Positions 29,664 to 39,638 of a DNA stretch of 64,000 nt are shown here, piece after piece. Numbering within the stretch: the stretch's first letter is position 1; every line of letters starts with the position of its first letter. Made by a program: the position numbers and the translations under genes. Source of the DNA: an uncultured delta proteobacterium (lineage in GTDB: Bacteria > Desulfobacterota > Binatia > UBA9968); the NCBI GenBank assembly GCA_963755715.1, contig CAVWLW010000033.1:224001-288000 (forward strand), given 5' to 3'. The notes below the pieces were generated by a model that did not search any database, had not been told where the DNA came from, and saw only the letters and a program-made list of their open reading frames with translations.

Positions 29664-31774
29664 ATGAATAAAAAAACTTTGCGCGCCACGATCAACTCCG
29701 ACTCGCCGCCGGACGCGGGCTTAAGCGCGCCGAGGCGCAAGAATTCTGCGACGCCTACGGTATTCCGACGCCGAAACAAGCGCTAGCGAAAACTGCAGCC
29801 GAAGCGGTGAAAATCGCTGCACGATTAGGGTTCCCCGTCGTCCTAAAAATTGTCTCGGACGATATTCTTCACAAAACCGAAGCGGGTGGCGTGATCGTTG
29901 GACTCAATAATGCAGCTGATGTTCGGCGCGCTTTCGATCGTCTCGTCAAAAACGCCAAGGGATACAAGAAAAACGCCAGCATCCAAGGTGTTCAGGTCCA
30001 ACAGATGCTCAAGGGCGGACAGGAAGTCCTGGTCGGCGCTGTGACGGATCCGAGTTTTGGCAAAATGATTGCGTTCGCTTTGGGCGGCGTACTGGTCGAA
30101 GTGATGAAAGACATCACGTTTCGCATGACGCCGGTCGGCAAGAAAGAGGCGCTCTCGATGCTGGATTCAATTGCCGCGGCGGAAGTGCTGCGCGGCGTGC
30201 GCGGCGCGAAAGGCGTGAGCCGCTCCGCGCTGGCCGATATCATCGCCAAAGTTTCCAAGATGGTAAACGATTTTCCCGAGATTCTCGAAGTCGACCTCAA
30301 TCCGATCTTCGCGACGGAGAAGGGCGCGCGCGCCGTCGATGTGCGTATCGTGATCGGCGATAAGCCGCAAACGCGCCAGCATTTCGATCAAAGCGCGATT
30401 CTCGCCGCCATGCAGCGTATCATGAACCCGCGCTCCGTCGCCGTAATCGGCGCTTCCGCCGAGGACGGCAAGATCGGCAACTCCGTGATGAAAAATCTCA
30501 TTAACGGCGGCTATCAGGGCGCGATCTATCCGATCCATCCGAAAGCTCAGGAGATCCTGGGGCGCAAGGCCTATCCGAGCGTGCTCGACGTCGCCGAGGA
30601 AATCGACGTCGCAGTGTTCGCGATACCGGCGAAATTTTGCGCCGCGGCGATGGATGAAGTGGGGCGGAAAAAAATTCCCGGCGCGGTCATGATTCCTTCC
30701 GGCTTCGCCGAGGTCGGCGAGCAGGCGCTGCAAGACGAGCTGCTCGGCGTCGCCCGCAAGCACAACGTGCGCATCATGGGGCCGAATATTTACGGATTTT
30801 ATTACACGCCGCAAAATCTCTGCGCGACTTTCTGCACTCCTTACGACGTCAAGGGCAAAGTCGCGCTCAGCTCGCAATCGGGCGGGGTCGGCATGTCGAT
30901 CATCGGCTTTTCGCGCACCACGCGCATGGGCGTGTCGGCGATCGTCGGATTAGGCAACAAATCGGACCTCGATGAAGACGATCTGCTGACCTATTTCGAG
31001 CAGGACGAAAACACTCAAGTCATCGCCATGCATTGCGAGGATTTAAAAGACGGCCGGTCTTTCGCCGAAGTAGCAAGCCGCGTTTCAAAAAAGAAACCCA
31101 TCGTCATGCTCAAGGCGGGCCGCACGGCGCTGGGCGCGCGCGCCGCGGCATCGCACACCGGCGCCTTGGCCGGCAACGACAAGATCTACGACGACGTGCT
31201 GCGCAATTGCGGCGTCATTCGGGCGAAGAGTTTAAACGATATGTTGCAGTTCGCGCGCGGCCTGCAAGTGCTGCCGACGCCGAAGGGAGAAAATATCGTG
31301 ATCATCACCGGAGCCGGCGGATCGGGCGTTCTCTTGTCGGATGCCTGCGTCGACAACGGCTTGTCGCTCATGAAAATGCCGCCGGACATGGACGCCGCGT
31401 TTCGCAAATTTATCCCGCCCTTCGGCGCCGCCGGCAATCCCGTCGACATCACCGGCGGCGAGCCGCCGACGACTTATGCGAACACGATTCGCTACGCGCT
31501 CGGCGAGCCGCGCATTCATTCGCTGATTCTCGGCTACTGGCACACGATCATCACGCCGCCGATGGTCTTCGCCAAACTTTGCGCCGAAGTTGTTCAAGAA
31601 GCGCGCGACAAAGGCATCGATAAACCGGTGGTAGCGTCACTCGTCGGCGACGTGCAGGTGGAAGAGGCGAGCGAGTATCTCTACGAGCGCGGCATCGTGG
31701 CTTATCCGTACACGACGGAGCTGCCGGTTGCGGTGCTCGGCGCGAAGTACAAATGGGCGCGCGGGGCGGGGTGA
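29664..31774 (+). CDS. ADP-forming acyl-CoA synthetase (acetate-CoA ligase family; N-terminal ATP-grasp, then CoA-binding and ligase domains), 5' frameshifts
   Basis: GFPVVLKI...ILHKTEAGGV, DLNP, VAVIGAS, GPN, SQSGG, phospho-His SHTG, GNPVD; GGAGG RBS before ATG 29664. Confidence 0.9.
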
Positions 31775-31981
31775 TGTAGATTAAGTTGTACAGTCGGAGG
31801 GTAATCAAAGTGATAGTTGTTCGATTGGTGGCCGTCAGGTAGTGAAGCGAAGGGTCGGCAGATTGACCCGCCAAGCTCAGTTTATCTAAGAGACTCTGCG
31901 ACCTTATTGTTTTTTCCACCCGAGCCACAAAGTTTCCATCGAGACATCGCTCAAGGACGCGAAAAGAGTTATTCATTATTC

Positions 31982-32386
31982 ATGCTGGGGCGTTTAATTC
32001 TGCTATTCATCATCGGGGGAATGGCCGAGCTTTACATCCTGATTAAGATTGGCAGCCATATCGGCGGGTTCAACACCATACTTCTCGTCTTAATGACCGC
32101 AGTGTCTGGGCGCTTTGCTGGCGCGTCGGCAAAGTTTGCGCACTTTGCAGCAAATTCAATTAAGCCTGTCGCAAGGCCAAATTCCGGCGGAGGAATTGAT
32201 CGACGGCGTGCTGATTCTTTCGGCGGCATTCTGTTCGTCATGCCCGGCGTGCTTACCGATCTATTCGCGCTGGTTTTGCTGCTTCCGCTCACGCGGACAT
32301 ACTTCAAACGCTGGCTGCGGCGCCGATTCGACCGCATGGTCGCGGGCAGGGATGTCCGGCTCCAATATCACCGAGGCGGCTTCTGA
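31982..32386 (+). CDS. fxsA: FxsA-family membrane protein, frameshifted
   Basis: ELYILIKIG..IGGFNT, GQIPAEELIDG, PG.LTD...L.LL.P.TR motifs. Confidence 0.85.
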   Translation: MLGRLILLFIIGGMAELYILIKIGSHIGGFNTILLVLMTAVSGRFAGASAKFAHFAANSIKPVARPNSGGGIDRRRADSFGGILFVMPGVLTDLFALVLLLPLTRTYFKRWLRRRFDRMVAGRDVRLQYHRGGF

Positions 32387-32445
32387 AGTTTAGTATCGCG
32401 CCCCGCCCGTTTTTCCCGGGGTGAGGCGGACGGCGTTATTTTAGT

Positions 32446-32554
32446 CGCCATTCCGGGCAAGCTGGCGATACCTGGCGCGACCCGGAATCCAGAAATTTAA
32501 GTAGGGGCGCATGGCATGCGATCTTTCTGGATACCGGTTTTCACCGGTATGACG
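32446..32554. repeat. Composite REP-like element between convergent genes
   Basis: CGCCATTCCGG...CCGGAATCCAG and CTGGATACCGG...CCGGTATGACG arms with a nested GTAGGGGCGCATGGCATGCG unit. Confidence 0.75.
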
Positions 32555-32621
32555 ATTCGGTCGCCCGGATTAACGCGCAAACTTTAGTTGCGGTTCACCA
32601 GAATCGCGCGGCTCGAAGAAC

Positions 32622-33773
32622 TTACCGATATGCTTCCTCAGGCATATTGAATTCTGCGCCTTCTTTTGCCAATTGCTCTCGGAACATCTTGCGGATGTAA
32701 GGGTCCTCGTCGCGGTACTCGATGGTGTTGCCGCCCTCTTTGATGTCGAGATTCAAACCTCTCCAGTCTATACCAGGCACACCTTTGACGCGCCTGAGGA
32801 TAGCCGCCCAGGAAGGCCAGCACACGCAAAGGTTCCTTGGATGCGCCATAGTGACCGTGGAACCAGCCGGCATCGCCCGGGGCGGCGCTCACGATGCCGC
32901 CGGCTTTGTAGTCCTGTCGCTGGACCAATTCGCCCTTGCCGTCCTTCCACGGCGTCGTCCCCGCCTCGCCGGGCCAAGTGATGGTGTAGCCCTTGCCGGC
33001 TAACGCAGAGTAGCACCGGCCCGGCTTCATGGGCGTGACATCGCGAGTAGCGGCCAGGCGCATATTGCGCAATGAACCCCTGATAACTATTTCCGGACAG
33101 GCTCCAAAAGAAAGTTCGGTGACCCACGCCGCGCTGGCCATCGAGCGGCAACTCCACGCGGTCCGCGTCCGGGATAATATTGCCGTAGTTGCGCGCGCGG
33201 CCGTGGCGCGGATCTTTTCCGAGCTCGGTATGCGCTTTGAAATAATTTGCACTGCCGTCGTAGCGATCCTTGAACTGGTACGGGTTGTTGAACAGCGCGT
33301 CCTGACTCCGGTACATGATGAAAGATCGGCGGAGCGGTGGTCACGCCAAGCAGCAGGGCAGGGCTGGAGGTTGCGTTGACGATCCGGTGCCAGGTATTCA
33401 GCGGCGGAGAAAAGAGGCTACCCGGCTGCCACTCGAAGGTCTGCTTCTTGTTGGCATCGTCGCCGCTCCAGATCTCCGTCGTGCCGCGCCCCTCGAGCAC
33501 GTAGAAGATTTCCTCGTACATGTGCTTTTCAGGAGTAATGGCGCCTGCGCCGGGCACCTCGATCACGTACATCCCCTGAAGCCCGCCGCAGCCGTTAAGC
33601 TCGATGAACGCGCCTTGAGCGCCCATGCGCTTCCAAGATGCCAAAGTCAGGTCGCGGATGTCGTGGAAGCCCACCGTGCCGCGATGGATGGGGAGATTTT
33701 GCTCCTCCATGTAAACTTCATACGGACTGGCCTGCCGTATCCAGCGCTTGGTACCAACGAAGTCTTGCTCCAT
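32622..33773 (-). CDS. Bicupin protein, multiply frameshifted
   Basis: HMYEEIFYVLEGRG...FSPPLNTWH and second cupin HAH...GKGY...WFH.H spread over four overlapping ORFs; AAAGGAGG RBS. Confidence 0.82.
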
Positions 33774-33852
33774 TCTTAATTGCCTCCTTTGATTATCCAG
33801 TTTGTTGCACTGAGAGCCGACTCAATACAAGCGTTTATATCCTGCGCGCATC
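33750..33852 (-). repeat. Cupin promoter/RBS/first-codons segment, copy 1 of a 103-bp direct repeat
   Basis: Ungapped match to 35558..35660, 80/103 identical by manual count. Confidence 0.85.
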
Positions 33853-33936
33853 GACGGTTCCAGTTGCTACGATTGGGCGCGTGGGTGAAAGCAATGGCTG
33901 CGTTAATCGTTGCGCTCTGACCCTAATTTGACTGGT

Positions 33937-35519
33937 CTAGAAACCTACTGCCTGCCCGTCGCGGCGCGGGTCGCTGGCGGTGAAGTAGCCGCCGTCGAGC
34001 TTCCAGATCATCTGGCCGCAGCCGAACTGGTTGTAGTCGTCCACGGTCACGATGCGATGCCCGCGGCGCTTCAGCTCCTCGAGCGAAGCAGCGGGGAAGC
34101 CGTCCTCGACGCTCACCTCCATGCCCTGCACGACACGGAAGCGCGGGCCGTCGCAGGCCGCCTGCGGGCTCTGCTCGTAGTCGGCGATGCGTACCATCAC
34201 CTGTGTGTGGCCCTGCGGCTGCATGGTGCCGCCCATCACGCCGAAGCTCATCACCGGCCGGCCGTTTTTCGTGACAAAGCCGGGAATGATGGTCTGGTAC
34301 GGGCGCTTGCCGGGTCCGACGCAATTGGGATGGCCCGGCTCGAGCACGAAGTTGCTGCCGCGGTTCTGCAGCGAGATGCCTTCCACCACGACTCCCGAGC
34401 CGAAGCCCATGAAGTTCGACTGGATGAAGGAGACCATCATGCCGGAAGCATCGGCCGCGGTGAGGTACACCGTGCCGCCTTTCGGCGGGTTGCCGTGGCC
34501 GAAATCCTGCGCGCGCTTGGGATCGATGAGCTTCGACCTCGACTTCAGGTATTCCTTGTCGAGCAGCGCCTGCGGGCGCACGTCCATGTGGTCGATGTCG
34601 CCTACGTAGCGCCAGCCATCGGCGAAGGCGAGCTTCACCGCTTCGATCTGCAGGTGCACGCTGTCGGCGCCGTCGACCGGGATGCGAGCGCAAGTCAAAG
34701 TTCTCAAGGATGCCGAGCGCAATCAGCGCCACGATGCCCTGGCCGTTGGGCGGGATCTCGTGCAGCGTGTAGCCGCGATAATCCATCTCGAGCGGCTTCA
34801 CCCAGTCGGGCCGGTGCGCCGCCAGGTCGGAAGCGCGCAGCGCGCCGCCTTGCTTCTTCGCCGCCGCCTCGAGCTTTGCGGCAAGCTCGCCGCGATAGAA
34901 TGCCTTGCCCTTCGTGGCCGCGATTTTTTCCAGGGCCGAGCGCATGTTTCTTGAAAACGAATTTTTCTCCGGCGCGCGGCGCGCGTCCTCCCGGCAGGAA
35001 CGCCTGGGCGAAGCCGGGCTGGTCCTTCAGCTTGTCGACCTGCGCTTGCCACTGTCCCGCGATGGTCGGCGAGACCAGGAAGCCTTCGCGGCCGTAGCGG
35101 ATCGCCGGCTCGAAGAGCTTGCGGAACGGCAGCTTGCCGAATTTGCCGTGCATCTCGACCCATGCCGATACGGCGCCCGGCACGGTCACCGTGTCCCAAC
35201 CGCGCGCCGGCATGGCCTGTTTGTCGCGGAAATAGTCGGGCGTCCACGCGGCCGGCGAGCGTCCCGAAGCGTTCAGGCCATGCAGTTTGCGTCCGTCCCA
35301 GACGAGCGCGTAGGCATCCGAGCCGATACCGTTCGACACCGGTTCGACCAGCGACAGCGTGATCGCAGTGGCGAGGATCGCGTCCACCGCGTTGCCGCCG
35401 GCGGCGAGCATCTGCAGCCCCGCCTGCGCGGCGAGCGGCTGGGAGGTGGCGACGACGTTCTGCGCGAGCAGCGGCTTGCGCGGCCAGGCGTAGGGGTTGT
35501 TCCAGGAAAAGGGAGTCAT
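33937..35519 (-). CDS. ggt: Gamma-glutamyltransferase family protein (YwrD-like), frameshifted
   Basis: VATSQPLAAQAG, GGNAVDA, LNASGRSP, EIPPNGQG, nucleophile GGTVYL, LQNRG, KRPYQTIIP, SDPRRDG. Confidence 0.92.
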
Positions 35520-35557
35520 TGCGCTGTTGCCATCCTGCCGGCCTTTAGGCCGTCGCG

Positions 35558-35660
35558 GGTGCCGACAAAGTATTGATTCATATTTAATGCTCTCCTTTGA
35601 TTGTTCAGTTTGTAGCACTGGGAGCGGGCGCAGTGGAAGCGTTCCTATCCTGCGCGCATC
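35558..35660 (-). repeat. Copy 2 of the cupin leader, upstream of ggt
   Basis: Carries AAAGGAG RBS and an ATG at 35581 reading MNQYFVGTR (cupin: MEQDFVGTKR). Confidence 0.85.
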
Positions 35661-35816
35661 TCGATTCAAGCTCTTGATCGCTGTTATCAACTACGAACCG
35701 GATAAGATTCGCAAGATTTTTCTGTGAGAGTTTATGTATTGCACGGGCATCACTGCGGGAGTAAAATTTTTACAAAGCGCAAAAAAATCTGGCCACTCAA
35801 TTAGGAGGATCAAGCC

Positions 35817-36575
35817 ATGGCTGAGAATACATCGCTAGACGCGCGCGCAGATGCCCTCGAGCGGAAGATGAGCGATGAGCTTGATGTACTACTTTCGAAA
35901 TCGGCGCTGTTCAATATGGCGGACGGCCAGCTCGGCGCGTCCGGCATGGGATCTGACCTCACGACTAAACACGGCAAGTATTATCTGATGGACGACGACC
36001 CGCGGCTGCCGAAAATGCCGGCGAAGCCGACGCTTCTCGACTATTTCGAGTGCCGCGCCAAGGGCATCAATCATATGCTGCAAAGCGCGACCCATGCACT
36101 GAAGGCCGGCATGCCGGAGAAAACGATTCTCGCCTGCCTGCTGCACGATATCGCCAATGCAATCTTCATCAAAAGCGACCACGGCTACTGGGGGGCGCAG
36201 CTGATCGAGCCCTACGTCGACGAGGAGGTGAGCTGGGCGGTCCGCGCGCATCAAGCGCTGCGTTTCTTCCCTGACGAGTCGGTCGGCTACTCGTATCCGG
36301 AAATGTACGTCAAGAATTTCGGGAGGGACTACGTGCCCGACGACTACATCCAGGACGCATACAAGCGCGCGCGGAACCACAAGTGGTACATGACCGCGCG
36401 CATGATTACCGTCCACGACATCTACTCCTTCGATCCCAACGCGGTGGTGAGCTGGGAACCTTTCGTCGAGATCGTCGGGCGTCACTTCAAGCAGCCGGCG
36501 GAAGGTTTAGGATTCGACAACAGCCCGACCTCGCACATGTGGCGCACCATCCGGCGTCCGACAAAGTATCTCTGA
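35817..36575 (+). CDS. HD-domain protein, PhnZ/TmpB/MIOX-like diiron type
   Basis: NHMLQSA, LLHDI, DHG, AH and HD.YS metal-ligand pattern; AGGAGG RBS. Confidence 0.8.
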   Translation: MAENTSLDARADALERKMSDELDVLLSKSALFNMADGQLGASGMGSDLTTKHGKYYLMDDDPRLPKMPAKPTLLDYFECRAKGINHMLQSATHALKAGMPEKTILACLLHDIANAIFIKSDHGYWGAQLIEPYVDEEVSWAVRAHQALRFFPDESVGYSYPEMYVKNFGRDYVPDDYIQDAYKRARNHKWYMTARMITVHDIYSFDPNAVVSWEPFVEIVGRHFKQPAEGLGFDNSPTSHMWRTIRRPTKYL

Positions 36576-36761
36576 GGCGGGAATCTGAGGGCGCACATTT
36601 CCCGTCTCGACTAAAACGAGTTTCCAGGGCCAGCCAAAGACAAGTCCGAATAGAAAGAGGTCCGAATCTTTCGAGATTGCGATGCGCTGCTCGTCGACCG
36701 AAATCTAATTGAGAACGCCGTCCTTTAACGGAATGGGGTACTGGCTTGCTTTGATTCTACG

Positions 36762-38324
36762 CTAACGTAATCGGGGTTTGAGATCCCAACCGTAGACGTC
36801 CTCTCCGGGATTCGCCTTGAAGTCGAACTTGTTACTGACTCCTTGCAGGCCCTGATATTGGTAGAGCCAGGCCACCGGCGCTTCATCCATCAGCACCGAC
36901 ATCGCCTTCTGCAGCAGCTTTACTCGTTGGGCAGGATCGAAACTTGCCTGTTCCGCTTGAAGCGCGGCATCCACCGCCGGGTTGGAGAATTCCAGCCGCT
37001 TGGTGACTCCCGTGCGGAAGTACTGGTGCAGGTACTCACTGGGGTCGATGACTGCGCCGCGTCCGAAAATATACATGCCGACTTTGCCATTTTGGATCGC
37101 GGCAAATCCGCTATCTTGATCCTGCGTGTGCAGCTTGGCGCGGATGCCAACCTCGTTGAGCATGCCGCCGATCGCCTCTGCCACATCTTTGATCTTGTTG
37201 TATTGCCCAAGGGGAACCAGGAAATCGACCTCAAAGCCGTTGGGATATCCGGCTTGGGCGAGCAACTTCTTCGCCTTCGCCGGGTCATGATTGTATTTGG
37301 GACGGAGCTCGCGGCTGTAGCCGTACTGGTCCGGTCCGACGGGCGCGTCCATGGGATAGGCATTGCCACTGAGCACGCTCTTGGCGAGAGCGTTTCGATC
37401 GATCGCATAGTTGACCGCCTGACGAACGAGTTTGTTACTGAACTGCGGCACCGAGCTGTGCATGCCCAAAAACATAATATTGATCGTGCGAGCGCTTTCG
37501 ATGCGCGCAGCGCCGGTCACCCGCGCGGCGCTCTCGGGCGGAACGTTGGAGATGATGTCCACTTCTCTATTCAACAGCGAGGTGATCGCCACTTCCGATT
37601 CCGCAATATTGCGAAACACGATTTCGTCGACGATCGGCTTGTGATCGCTATGAGCGTAGCTGGGGTTCTTCTCGACGACGAACCACTGACCGCGCACCCA
37701 GTCTTTGAGCTTATACGGCCCCGTGCCGAGCGCGAGCTTATCGGCCGCCGCCGCGCCCAAACGATCGTAGGCAGCTTTGTTGGTGATGAAGCGCTGCGAT
37801 AGGCGAAACAGCAGCGCGGCATCCGGACTCTTGGTGCGCAATCGAACAGTAAGAGGATCGACCGCCTCGATCGCGATCACGTGGGCGATGGAGCTCGCCT
37901 GTTTGCTATCGGGGTCCTTCTGAATACGGGTGAACGAGTGTACGACATCGGCCGACGTGAAATCGCTGCCATCGTGGAACTTGATACCCTTCTTAAGCTT
38001 GAACACCCAAGTGCTGTGGTCCGGATTGCTCCACGACTCGGCGAGAAGTGGAACAATTTGTTTTTTGCTCCAGCTCCATTCGACCAGCGGCTCGATCACA
38101 TGTTTCCAGGTCGGATAGATCTGCGTCGTCGAATGAGCGTAGGGGTTCAAGGTCTCGACCTGCACGCCGGGCAGAGCGATCGTAGCGGTAACCTTCTGCT
38201 CTTTCTTCGCGGCACTCTGCGCCTGCGCGCCCGAGATGGTTAAAGCTGGCGGAACGAATATCTGGTACGCGGCGAGAAACAGCGAAAGTAAAATAGCAAA
38301 AGCAACAACGCGGAACTTTGGCAT
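36762..38324 (-). CDS. ABC transporter substrate-binding protein, family 5 (peptide/nickel)
   Basis: LAESW...W.F.LKKGIKFHDG, GTGPY, VRQAVNYAIDR motifs. Confidence 0.93.
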   Translation of the reverse strand: MPKFRVVAFAILLSLFLAAYQIFVPPALTISGAQAQSAAKKEQKVTATIALPGVQVETLNPYAHSTTQIYPTWKHVIEPLVEWSWSKKQIVPLLAESWSNPDHSTWVFKLKKGIKFHDGSDFTSADVVHSFTRIQKDPDSKQASSIAHVIAIEAVDPLTVRLRTKSPDAALLFRLSQRFITNKAAYDRLGAAAADKLALGTGPYKLKDWVRGQWFVVEKNPSYAHSDHKPIVDEIVFRNIAESEVAITSLLNREVDIISNVPPESAARVTGAARIESARTINIMFLGMHSSVPQFSNKLVRQAVNYAIDRNALAKSVLSGNAYPMDAPVGPDQYGYSRELRPKYNHDPAKAKKLLAQAGYPNGFEVDFLVPLGQYNKIKDVAEAIGGMLNEVGIRAKLHTQDQDSGFAAIQNGKVGMYIFGRGAVIDPSEYLHQYFRTGVTKRLEFSNPAVDAALQAEQASFDPAQRVKLLQKAMSVLMDEAPVAWLYQYQGLQGVSNKFDFKANPGEDVYGWDLKPRLR

Positions 38325-38378
38325 GTTAGTTGTTCTCCCCCTTTTACGATCAATCCGATAGGGCTGTGCGCGCCCCTA

Positions 38379-39365
38379 TCATCGGGATGAGTGAAGTTTC
38401 CTTAGAATGCTCAGGTCCTCAAGATCGTCCGGCGTAAACGCTTTGGCGACTTGGAGAGTCTCACGATAAATCTCGATTTCTCTTTCCACGGCTTTGCGTG
38501 GCTTGGTGCCATCTCGGCTATAAGCCGTTAACATCGAAGCCAAAGCCTTTTCAGCAACCGACGGTTCCATTTTAAAAGAACCCGCGATGTACTGAACCAT
38601 CTCGTGGCGATTCATCGGGTTCTGCAGGTAAGCCATCGTCTTAAGCAGACCTCGAATTACGGCCTGGACTATGCCGGGATTTTTTGCCAGAGCTTGCATC
38701 GAAGCCACAAGCCCGATGGTGCTAAGCGGTGCGTAGTCCTTGGCCTCCGCCAGGCGGCTATAACCTTTTGCTTCGGCCTCTTCAGCATAGGGCGGCGGTA
38801 GCAAGGTCGCCGCGATTCTCTTGCTAAGCAATGCCTTGTAAGCGTTTTCGGTGACCTGGGTCGAAAGGAAGGTTACCTGAGACGGATCGATACCGTTGCC
38901 TTTTAAGATCATCTTTGCCGACATGCCCATGGCATCGGTAGGCGCATTGACTCCGATGACTTTGCCGGTTAGCTCACGAATCGTCTTGATCTCTGGCTGT
39001 GCCGTGAGAGCGAAGGTCGGGTCCTGCTGGACGTAGAAGACTCGTTTAAGCGAAGATCCCCGCATGATCGCCGCAGTTGCCGCTCCCAGCGTTGTGGAGA
39101 AGTCCAACTCTCCTGCCACCATAGCAGCAATGGCTACTGGCGGTGACATCGCCACAAGCTGCGCATCGATTCCCTCCTCGAAAAAGAAACCTTTATCCTT
39201 GCCGAAATAGAAAACCATGACAGAGAGGCTCTTCCCGGGTATATGGACGGTGATTTTTACAGGAGACGACGCGCCCCAAGCAATCGGAGCAGAGCAAGCA
39301 AGCATGATGGATACAGCGGTCACTCTGCGCAGGAATGTTAGCGGATGAGCAAAAGACATTGACAT
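38379..39365 (-). CDS. ABC transporter substrate-binding protein, NMT1/SsuA-like
   Basis: KGFFFEEGID, ELTGKVIGV motifs; signal peptide. Confidence 0.88.
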   Translation of the reverse strand: MSMSFAHPLTFLRRVTAVSIMLACSAPIAWGASSPVKITVHIPGKSLSVMVFYFGKDKGFFFEEGIDAQLVAMSPPVAIAAMVAGELDFSTTLGAATAAIMRGSSLKRVFYVQQDPTFALTAQPEIKTIRELTGKVIGVNAPTDAMGMSAKMILKGNGIDPSQVTFLSTQVTENAYKALLSKRIAATLLPPPYAEEAEAKGYSRLAEAKDYAPLSTIGLVASMQALAKNPGIVQAVIRGLLKTMAYLQNPMNRHEMVQYIAGSFKMEPSVAEKALASMLTAYSRDGTKPRKAVEREIEIYRETLQVAKAFTPDDLEDLSILRKLHSSR

Positions 39366-39638
39366 GCAGGCCTCCTTTCAAAATCGCTGATTTAAACAAA
39401 GGGGCGGCTTTCAATGTCAAACAGTGCGTCGACGAGTATCTTCATTGCGGCACCTCTTCGTTCGATTTCTAGAAAGAAAAAATTCCATAAGACAACATGC
39501 CGGGCTCGCCGCGCTTAGGGCGGGAATCTTATCAAGATTCAAGAAGCTGTCAGTAGCTTCTGCGCGCTTCACCAGGGAAACGAAATCCACAACACATTTA
39601 GATTGATCAGAGTGATGTCATACCCCATGGGCGTTCCC

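Noticed and set aside
33910-35097. Long antisense ORFs (e.g. 33910..35097, 24746..25774, 36843..37802)
   Set aside because: Shadow frames opposite well-supported genes in GC-rich DNA, with no family motifs.
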